A stretch of DNA of 60,837 nt, the filler included, from Sphacelaria rigidula (taxonomy: Eukaryota), in assembly GCA_964200075.2 (NCBI GenBank). It is 6 parts of 6 records of this genome, joined end to end, with 100 filler letters (N's around TTAATTAATTAA, not from the genome) between each part and the next. Parts side by side here need not be neighbours in the genome. Positions count along the whole stretch, not along the records: positions 50,783 to 60,837 come from CAXNAA020007240.1; 5 more parts are not named here. The stretch is one strand, 5' to 3'. Numbering within the stretch: the first letter of the stretch is position 1; each line of letters starts with the position of its first letter. The translations under genes and the position numbers were made by a program. Shown here one piece after another: positions 51,551 through 60,837 of the stretch. Under the pieces are notes generated by a model. It did no database searches. It was not told the DNA's origin and saw nothing but the letters and a program-made list of their open reading frames with translations.

Positions 51551-51670
51551 GGCGAAAGTCGAGGGGGAGGGAGCTATAAGAGGTGCAGGAGTCATGGAGC
51601 GCATCAATAAGTGGTGGGGCGGCAGTGGGGCAAAACCGGCCAAGCCCGCCAAACCAACCACGAATACTAG
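51551..51670 (+). CDS. VPS13-like protein, exon
   Basis: GTGCAG acceptor; encodes ..GVMERINKWWGGSG... The phase-2 donor joins correctly to 51857. Confidence 0.5.
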
Positions 51671-51856
51671 GTGGGCGTCGTGGGCGCACCGTGAGGTTAC
51701 GGTTAGGTCGTACTAGTGGCGAGTGTAGCCCTACCCTACTCATGATGCAAGGGTTATTACCACGTCTTCAACTATTACTCTTAGCACATTGAACACCCAC
51801 ACCTTCCTATCTCATCTCGGTCGTGCACTGTCTTGTTGGGAAACACCAACACCCAG

Positions 51857-52028
51857 TGTTTCTGCTACCGGAGACATGTCAAGGCACAACTCGAGTACCC
51901 TGGCGGGAAATCTGTCGCCCACATCAGCGGCCGCGGGCGATCGGGACGCGGCGTCCAGCGTTGCTTCTTTATTGGACAGGGGGGAGTTTTCTGCGTGGAC
52001 GGGCATTAGCTCCGACGAGTTCGGCCAG
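51857..52028 (+). CDS. VPS13-like protein, exon
   Basis: CAG acceptor and CAG|GTAAA donor. Encodes ..SAWTGISSDEFGQ. Confidence 0.55.
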
Positions 52029-52568
52029 GTAAAAAAGCGGTGGTAGAAAGTGCTGTCCGACATGCCGAGACTGGAGTTGTGGAACCTTGCCCTTTGTTTG
52101 TTGATGCCGTCGTTTATTGGCTTTGGTGTTCGCCGTGGCTCGTCATCGCACGTACGCCAGTGACGGGTATCTCGTTTTTTCCTCTCGCGCATGCTTCTGC
52201 TCGCTGTGACAAGAGGTGGCGAGTGTACGTGAGGTGGCACACTGTTTTACCGGACTTGTCGCTCGCGCCTGTGTTTCATGTACCGCTCTTTTTTCTTGCT
52301 GTTTTTTCGGTGTGATACCGTTGCTTCTGACGGTATGGTTTTGACGTCGTAGAATTTTGCTCTGCCCGAGAAGCAAGCAGTCCATACCTGTGACTGTCCG
52401 CCCGTGACTGACACGCGTAGTGCCTATAGAGTCTACACAGCAGGAGGAGGGCACATGTCAACCTGCCGGCAGTTGCCGTTGCAGAAGAACCGCCGGGTAC
52501 CGGCTTGCGACTCATATTCGTATGCGCTTTTCTTGGATTTATACCGCATTTTGTGTTTCGCGTGCCAG

Positions 52569-52649
52569 GCTGCTAGTGTCATTCAGAAACATTGGGTGGA
52601 GGGGGACCTGGCGCCGGATGTGGAGGATGATCCGGTAACGAGGAACCAG
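52569..52649 (+). CDS. VPS13-like protein, exon
   Basis: Phase-0 AG/GT exon encoding AASVIQKHWVEGDLAPDVEDDPVTRNQ. Confidence 0.55.
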
Positions 52650-53067
52650 GTGATATTTCGATGGGTATTCGCGCCAAAAGAACCCGCGTGCTGTCCGCGA
52701 TTCAAGTCAGATGGGCACCTTGTTGCGATGGTCCGCGCGTGATGAGGCACTCGGGCGGATCTTCATCATGTTCTCTATGAGCTAACGAGCGTCCTTGTGA
52801 CAGTTTGTGATCGTTCCCGGCATCCACCATCCCGTTTAACGGGGAGATTTGGCGCCCAAAGTATGGTGATGAAGAAAATGATGGACGTGTTGCTGCCTAA
52901 GCTATGTCTCAGATAGTGCGATCTCGGAAGTACCACGTGCCGAAATGTTTTTTTTTTTATCCGTCGCCTTGGTGACATGTTTTGCAATCGGTATGATCAC
53001 AAGTGCCGGAACGGTAGTCCTCAGTCCCACCTCTATTGCACCCCGTTCGTCTCTTCTTTGTGCGCAG

Positions 53068-53497
53068 GTTTTGTTCTCGTGGCAGACAACGGTTGGCACC
53101 ACTAGTCTCCGTTTGTCTCAGCCGTCAATGACCCTGCCTTCCGGGCGATGCGAAACCGGAGTGGACTCAGGGCATAAACCTGTCCCCAGTGATCCCAAAT
53201 CTTCACCGAAAGAAGCACCAGATCACTCACAGAAAAACGAGCAGCTACAGGCCAACGAAAAAAGTGTTTGCCGAAAAAGTCCAGACTTGGATGTGCTCAA
53301 CGTACAGATATCGAATACCAATGTAGGCATGGGATTCCGCGGTTCTGGCAATGGCATTTCGCTGGAGGGTTCCATCCATGCGATTTCCGCTTCTGCGTTG
53401 GGCGGGTCGAAGATACTTTCGATTAGCCCCACGACGTTGTGGGGGACATCGGAAGATGAATTCTGCGAGGGCCTTGCTGGGCGCCACGGGTTGGAAG
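53068..53497 (+). CDS. VPS13-like protein, exon (3' end could be 53502)
   Basis: Amphipathic beta-strand pattern VLFSWQTTVGTTSLRL..LDVLNVQISNTNVGMGFR..ISLEGSIHAISAS. Confidence 0.6.
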
Positions 53498-53570
53498 GTG
53501 AGGTTGGAACAGGGGGTTGTTGTAAAGGCGGCGTTGTCGATACAATATTTCAAGGTTTGTATTCCGTAGG

Positions 53571-53740
53571 GAATACCCGGAAGTACGGGATTTTTGGTTG
53601 GCATACTTTACCATACCGACATATGTGCCGAATATTCCGGAGGGTTAGGGTTAGGGTATCAAGCCTTGTTCCGAACAATCCGATATGGTTTGGAAGGGTA
53701 TTCGCCGATAAAAAAAATTCTTTTGTACGTCCGTAAATAC
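53571..53740. mobile_element. decayed MITE with a central (GGGTTA)n tract
   Basis: Diverged inverted ends (GAATACCCGGAAGTAC / GTACGTCCGTAAATAC and ACCATACCGA / TCCGATATGGT) around AGGGTTAGGGTTAGGGT at 53641-53657. Confidence 0.5.
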
Positions 53741-54391
53741 TCATTTGATGGTTTCAGTCGGTATACCTTACAGAACAGAACGTTGCAATACTTTTGTTCT
53801 CTTGGAACGACCCTTGTTGCCCCCAGGTCGCCGGTGCGCCGGTCCCTTCCGCTGACGTTGCTGTGACTGCATGTGTTCGCTTTGTGCCACGAAAAGAAAT
53901 ATATCATGCATGCTCGATCGATTTTTAAGTCCCTGTCAGAATGACTGGTTTTGACTGGTGAAGTCCACGGTCGTATACGCTCTTTGTCCAAGCTAATAAA
54001 TGCGCGCACGCCGACTCCTATGAAGCAGGGGAAGCTTTCAGCATCTTTCTGGACGTGCGGAAAAAAGATCACGAAGCTAACCTGGCCACCGTGGTCGGCG
54101 ACGTCGAAATGGAGGAAGGGGGTGGCGCCAATCTTTTTCAGAGCAAGGCCAGTGGTCGCGTTTTCGTCCCCGTGTTGCCTTGTTGCGACATGTGTAGCTC
54201 ATGCTTTCAGCGGTCCACAACAACCAGCGCGTGTTGCCTTGCCGTTTTTTTCACGCAGTTGGCGTTGAACAGCGAAGATCTTGACCGCAGATTGAGTTGC
54301 TGAATGGATATGAGCCAGCAAACTTGGCCGTAGATTTCTTAACGTGTACCCCGTCTTCACGCCCTTTCCTCCCGCCCGGCACCCGTTACAG

Positions 54392-54496
54392 GTTTATTCA
54401 ATGCACGTTGAGTTGGTGGGAAGGGTGGCCCCTGTCGAGCTGGTTGTGTCACCAAGGTTACTCGAACCGATTGCAGCCTACCTACACTCCTCGAAG
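54392..54496 (+). CDS. VPS13-like protein, exon
   Basis: Phase-0 exon VYSMHVELVGRVAPVELVVSPRLLEPIAAYLHSSK, a strand-Pro-strand-helix pattern like a repeating beta-groove (RBG) unit. Confidence 0.65.
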
Positions 54497-54885
54497 GTAG
54501 GAAGCCCCTTGCTTCAGTTGCATCACACCCGCAACTATATCCTGCGGCTTTTTGCGGGATTTGAAGCTCACATACATCCCCTATCGCTGGCGCGACGTCT
54601 CTGTAGGCTGAACACGTGTACGTTGCCCAATTGGTAAAAGTTTCAGGCGCATAAGTGGCGGTCGTCAGGGATTTCTGCGGATTTCGAGCGTGTAGACTGG
54701 AAGCCTACCCTTCCTCACTGCATCGCCGATAACGACTATATTGAGGACTGCGAGAGCACGTGGTGTATTGCACGCCTTGCTGTTCGAAAAAAAGTGTTCT
54801 CAAAACGATTTATTCTTGTGTACGTTCGGTTGTGCACGTAACACATACAGTGTGATATTCTTACCTCCATCGTGTCGCTGCTCAG

Positions 54886-55920
54886 GTGTGGACCCCAGGG
54901 TTGCTTTTACCTTTGCGATCACCAGCTCTTGACAAACTCCGTCTTCTCGCGGCGGGCTGCAAGGCATGTTCGGCCAAGGGCCACATGGACCAAGTCCTTC
55001 GTGCTCGTGGAGGGAAGGCTGTCGACCTGCGCGCTGCCGGTATAACCGTCCGATTTGAGCTCGGATCCGCGACGCCCACTGCTGCTGGCGCCGCCAGCAG
55101 CGAGAGGAGTACGGCCGCACAGGAGGCCTCTCGTCGGCGGGCACAGCGCCAAGCGCGTAAAACCGTCGAAAATTCCGTCAAGACTGAATTCGAGGCCGTC
55201 ATGGGTACCGTGCATGGAGTAACACACGCAGCAGGAGCGTCGGCGGCAGACGCGGCCGTGACTCCTGATGGACCGTCGGGTCCGATCGCGCCGGACGGGT
55301 GTAATTGCTTCCAGCTCTCAATAGGATGTTGCGTGTACCAGAAGGGCAAGTACCTACTGAGGCACGTGGAAGGCGGCGACTCGGAGGCGCGGGATGGTGC
55401 AACAACCGCAACACGAGCGACATCATCTAATTTGCCGTATGTGTGGGAGCTCTCTGGTAAGGAGAACGATGGCGTGGGGGTTGAGATCGGAGTGCTCGAC
55501 GATCGTCATCCCGTTTGTGACGGTGAGGCTGATGTGGCGACGCCAAACCTGCGACGAGCAGGGTCGGCTAGTTCGGGACTAAGGCGGAAGATGCCCGAAA
55601 CACATGCCACCGATAATTGGCACTGGGGAGGTGGACCTGGCCCGCGACCGTGCCAGGAGGCGGTGGTAGTGATCAAGTCTCTGCGATTGCCCTTGTCAGA
55701 TCCTCACTATTTTAGAGTGGACGACCTGGCTGTGGAGTTGGGAACTTACACGACGCGAAGTGGTGGCGAATTTGTGGGCCGAACGCAGGTGCTCGGGGGT
55801 GGAGAGGATCCCGATCGGGGGTGGGCGGGCGAGCTGCTAGTGACGCGCTGTGCCGTGTTGGGGAACCCAAGGCAGCCCGGGACACGCGCCGATGCCATGT
55901 TATCCCGCATCAGAGTTGAG
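54886..55920 (+). CDS. VPS13-like protein, exon
   Basis: 345 open codons, CAG acceptor, GAG|GTAAGG donor. Confidence 0.7.
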
Positions 55921-56150
55921 GTAAGGTTGGTCAGTTAGTAGCGTGCAAGTTGTCTGCTATTGGTGACCTTCTTCAGGTGTATCATCTGTGTTGGAGGGGA
56001 TTGTGGAGCGAGACTTCGGGAGGAAAATGCAATGTCCTGTATGCCAAGATAATTTGTCCGTGAAAACATTTGATGTTGTCTCCAATCTGTTATTCTCAAG
56101 CGCAGAAGCCGTTGCTGCAACCCATGTCCACTTTCCCGCTCTGATCGCAG

Positions 56151-57128
56151 GTGTCGAAAGAAGCCGTAGTGGCTGCTTCTCACCTCGCACGATCTCTCGA
56201 AGGTGCGCTGTCGTCACCGGCGATGTCCCCGTGCACGCAGAGTTCAAAAATTCCCCGCCATAGGCCCTCCATGGCTAGCAGTGACAGCGGTTGGAGTGGT
56301 GCACCTTCGCCGCGGAGATCTACCCAACCTTGGAGATTGGTGGACGATGAAAGCGGATTCGTTGACTGTGCCGTAAGTGATGAGGGCAGCGGCCCCACCG
56401 TTAGCGGTGCTGGCTGGTCGGGAGACACAAGCAATTGGGCGAGCGCCATTCCCCTCCCGAGATTGGCCCTAGTCAGTGGTTTGACGACCTTGCGACTGAA
56501 TGTTTCGCTAGCCGGGGTGAACATGAAGATCCCGTCGAGGGGGTTGGCAATCACCCGTAGTGAACACCGCCATGAGGTGGGTACCGGCGGCCGGAACAAT
56601 GAAGAGGGTCCGCTGCCATCGGAAAACTCGCGAGGAAGAGGCGCCCATCACAAGAGTGCCCGACGGAAAAGAGCGCGTCGGTGTGTACGGCGGGTGGTGA
56701 AACAGTTGGTGGGGCGTACCCACCCGGCCGTGGATTCTCCAGGGTTCGGACAAGCCTGTCGGTTGTTCCGCGACGAGATGGCTGCTATGGGCTATGACAG
56801 TGCAACTTCAGACGGCATTCTGCGCGCGCTGATAGAGACGAATGAGGGGATAAGAGACAACGAAGGGCAGGATGGGGGGGACAACGACGGAGGACTGCCA
56901 TCCCCACTGCGCGAAGGGTTCGAGAGGAGTACGGACCCTGTATCTGGGACTTATACTGTTGTGACTCCCGAAGATCGCGCTGACGTGAAAGAGTTGATAC
57001 AGGCAGGGATGGATGCACTCCCAACCCCGAACATGGATGATAGCCGCGATACCGACGAAGGACCTGTTGTACTGGACATTTTTGCGGTTGAGGTGTGTGA
57101 AGGCGTACATGTCATTTGCAAAGAACAG
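56151..57128 (+). CDS. VPS13-like protein, exon
   Basis: 326 open codons, CGCAG acceptor, CAG|GTATC donor, phase 0. Confidence 0.7.
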
Positions 57129-58660
57129 GTATCTCACAGCAGTATGGTAAGCAAGCACTACAACGTGAGAGGGATCACTGACCCCAGCAATAGCCGCCGA
57201 CGGCGACCCCGCTGTACCACGCTCTCCTTTCACGACTGCCCACTGTGCAGCACCCAGATCCATTAACAGTATACTGCTCTTCATTCGAAGCTGGAATGTA
57301 CCGTGTCTAGCTCTCTGCCTCTGTAGCAAGCATGTGGTGACCTACGAAGATACTTTATTTTTGAAGTACCGGCTATTCTAGCTGTAAACGCGAGAGTTTG
57401 TGACGTTTGCTGTGTTTTGTTTTGAGTTTAGTGGAAACACCCGTCGAATATTTCGGCTCCCGCTTTTCCCGGAGGAAACTGAGTTTGCAGCTCGTACAGG
57501 GTGCCTATTCGGAGTCAATGGGTTGGTGACTTCATGTTAGTTTGCTGATGTTCGTGGGTGCCCGGTGTTCCAGCCAGTGCAACAAACAAGAAGAGGTACT
57601 CCCCGAAACTGACCCACAGGGAGTACACCTAATGTTGTTTTGGAAGTGGAAGCTTCAGACGTGGCCTCAAACGGATACACACCCTTTTTTTGCTCAAAAT
57701 GGGCCCTGAGCATTCTCAAACTGTCCAACGGTTCTCCTTGAAATGAACACAGCGCTGGTTTTACTCCGTTTGTGGTGCCTGTCTTTCGTGTTCTCCCCTT
57801 CTTAGCTTCCTCTTGGCGAGTTTTTCCGTGCTGTTTACCTCGGTTTCGCCTTAGGACCATGGCTGAATCCCTCGAGGATCAGTTCGTGTGCGACAATCAA
57901 TCAACCAAATAATCAATCAATCAAATGGCAAATGAGAAAATGCACTGCTGCTGGAGTGGTTGTGTACCACCCTTCTTGGCACAGTTTGTAGGAGACATAC
58001 CCCTTCGTCTCCAGTGTTGGGAAGTGCCTATTTTTGCTGTCGTAAAATATGGCTGCTGCGGCCCGAACAGCACCAGCATGACGCTGCATGATGTATATCT
58101 CGGCAGATAGGGTCAATTTCCCCCCATCAGATGGATGATGTCGGCACGACCAGCTTTACATACTTCTTCGTATTTCTTAGACCCATGACAACCAAATCGA
58201 CCTTCTCTTCCTGTGGATGATATTGGGGTACCCTCTTTCGGTCGAAGTACGGGTTGGGCGGGGTATCTTCCCCTTCGTTTTTCTACCCTTTCAGTTACCA
58301 GAATGTCTCCAGGTGAAGCTCTGATTCACGGCCCCATGGCATCAAGTGCCCAGAACAAGGCGTCTTGAACGTTATTGTAGGCCATTTGGTGCAATTTTCC
58401 AAAACTAGTAGATCGTTCGATGCGGTTTATGCGTTCACACCGTTCGAGTAGATACATACGTCCAGTACGAACAGCCGTACCGCTATGCCGGCTTCGCCGG
58501 TGCGCTTGTTGCGCCGTCTACTGTAGAACCATTTATGTTGCAGTTGAATGTTCTTGCGCACTTGCTGTCAGCGCAGGGGGCAATCACATGTTCATTCTGC
58601 TTGTAGTCATGTAGGATCTCTCGACTAATACAACCATTGTTCTTATTGTTCTGCTGGCAG

Positions 58661-59109
58661 GCATCTGGGCTCACGCTTGCCTTAACGCGCCTGACATACG
58701 ACGCACGCGTCACCACCACGGCTGAGGCTATTACCGTCCGAGATTCCGATGGTATTCGTATCCTCTCCTTGGGTCCCATGGCTTCAAGCGATCGGGCCGC
58801 TGGCCAAAGCATTTACGGTCATGATAGGGCCGATACTGTTGATGCGGGTGGAGGAGCGCCACCAGGTGTGATCGAAGCGAATAGCTCAATGTCAGCGAGA
58901 AAGGCCCGTCACTCCACGTCCTCCTCGTATTCATCCTCCACTCGATTGTCGGCACCGCGACGTCTACGGCACGGTCGAAGGCACCAGGAGCACACCAATT
59001 CTTCCACCGATGCAAAGCACAAGGTTGAGGCGGCAGCCGCAGCCATGGCGGAAGTGCAGAAGCGGGAGACCGGTGCCTTGCTCTTCAGTTTTATGGCCTG
59101 TGACAAGCG
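58661..59109 (+). CDS. VPS13-like protein, exon
   Basis: ASGLTLALTRLTYDARVTTTAEAITVRD.. The phase-2 donor CG|GTACGT matches the next exon. Confidence 0.7.
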
Positions 59110-59250
59110 GTACGTCCGGTTCATATGAGTAAGTCTGGAACGTGAAAGCATCTATGCGCACCGATGAAAATCCGTCGGTCAATGCGGTACCTCCTTACCT
59201 TTTGTCGCACCCATTGTTGGTTACTTGTTGCCCCGCCCGTCCCAAATCAG

Positions 59251-60667
59251 GTTTATTTTCGGCACCGGCGGTGACAGTCCAAACGTTCTGGCAGCAGCGG
59301 CACGGCTTGCCACAAGTGCGGCGCGAGGATCGGCTCCACCACCAGAGCCTGGGCTACTGGAACGCTTGCGACGGGATAGAGAGCACCGATCCAAGGTGGT
59401 TATCGACCGCTTGTCGTTTGTCTTGTCTCCGAGCGGCGTCTTGACAGCAGCTAGAGCTGTCAGGGCCTTGCGGAGTGCGGCCATCCAAGCCAGCACTGCA
59501 GCATCTTGGCCATCATCCGAGCGGGAAGGGAACGACACAGGGAATAATGTGAAAGGCGCGCCGGTGAAGGCGTCGCCAGTGGCGATCCAGATCCAGCATC
59601 GCCTCCTTCCTCCCATTCCTCTCCGACCTACAGTAAATACTGCAGTACAAATCGAGGTCGCAGAGCTTCACTCATTGCTGTCGCTGGAAAGTCGGCCGCT
59701 GGCGAGCATTGCGATGACACGTCTCACATTTGAGGCATCAAGGGACCAGTGGTGGAAGCGAAGCGACGGTGATGCATCTCTCACGTACTCTTTGTCATCG
59801 AAGGTCGCTAAGGAAGCCACCCAGGAGTTCACGGGAACGACCGCCACCGGATGGCCTGGTTGGTCGCTGACTGGCGGGCGACGGGTGTCTGCCTCAAGGT
59901 ATTTGCGATCGAGAGTGCATGGCATCAGCGTCTTGGACTTGACAACCGACGGACAGTTACATCACGAGGTAATTTCTCACGTGGGGGCCGCGGAGGCGGT
60001 GCCGTCGGCAGCAGCGGGTGCGACAGCCGCCAATGTGGCAAGTGAGCGATCCGACCGTGCGTGGAAGGCATCAGCACCAGCGTTCGCCGCAGCAACGGCC
60101 GCCGAAATGCTTCCCATAGTTGTCGTCGAAGTTGTCCCGGGCCAGACGGAGGATCGTCGAGTAGGGGAGGTGAACGCCTCTGTACGCGGATTGCGCGTTT
60201 GCTTACTCCGTCGATTCATCGCAGAAGTGGCGAAATACTTCGGCCCGAACGGACTCGGCCCAGTGTTTTCCCTTGACTTTGGCGGCGACGTCGGCAGCGC
60301 GGATGTTTCGCTCGGGAACGATGCGGATAAGTATGATGGGGAAAATGCCTTTGTTGTGATCGGCGAAGAAGACGCCGTGATTCCGGACGACTGGTCCATC
60401 TTGAGCGGTGCAAGCGGTAGTGGTGACGGTAAGACGAGAAGGGAGGGCTCTGCCGGCGTTAATACCAGTGAAGAAAAGGTCAACAACGACACCGGGCAAG
60501 CTATCACGGCCTCGGGTCCGAATGATGACAATATCGGAACTAACAGTGGGTTCGCAACTAAGGCGATGCGTGTGACGGTGGTGCTGGAAAATCTTACGGT
60601 GGTGATGCCCAGGAACACCCACTCGCGAGAGGCGGCGGCGGTGCAGTGCCAGGAGCTTGTTTTAGAG
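59251..60667 (+). CDS. VPS13-family bridge-like lipid-transfer protein, exon (RBG repeats)
   Basis: SRVHGISVLDLTTDGQLHHEVI, VNASVRGLRVCLLRRFIAEVAKYF and MRVTVVLENLTVVMPRNTHS resemble VPS13 middle-repeat signatures. GAG|GTGAG donor. Confidence 0.7.
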
Positions 60668-60837
60668 GTGAGATTGCAATCGCACAACATTTCACAGCTT
60701 CCATTGTCCCCAGAAGAATGATGAGGTATCCTTGTGGTTGCGTTTGAGCTCTTGCGAATTTTGCCGCACAAATACAGGCTGGGCCAGGGTACAAGCGGAT
60801 TTATAGTTTGCAGGCGAATTCGCAATTTTTTTCTTGG

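Overview
This is eukaryotic, intron-rich, transposon-dense DNA of about 50% GC. The gene style (long GT-AG introns, CAG-rich low-complexity exons, MITE-packed introns) is most consistent with a brown alga or related stramenopile; that assignment is an inference. The window is not one locus. It is six contigs (1-10057, 10158-20214, 20315-30370, 30471-40526, 40627-50682, 50783-60837; lengths 10057, 10057, 10056, 10056, 10056, 10055) joined by 100-nt N-TTAATTAATTAA-N spacers, i.e. a size-sorted concatenation. Contig 1: a segment bounded by terminal inverted repeats (TIRs), holding a hAT-like element and a decayed Ty3/Gypsy retrotransposon interrupted by two MITEs. Contig 2: one PRPF4 exon, then about 9.8 kb of repeats (long-TIR element, tandem CAG/CTG hairpins, a hAT element with a 590-nt foldback, a tRNA-derived SINE). 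Contig 3: a 3.3-kb palindrome made of two retroelement ORF1/gag-like arms, followed by four DHX16/PRP2 exons. Contig 4: an orphan gene with two exons of about 2 kb. Contig 5: a gene with a dispersed bromodomain-like signature enclosed by inverted repeats of about 0.9 kb, plus several MITEs. Contig 6: a phase-consistent exon chain of a VPS13-like lipid-transfer protein. No CRISPR array, rRNA or intact tRNA was seen. All alignments were made by eye.
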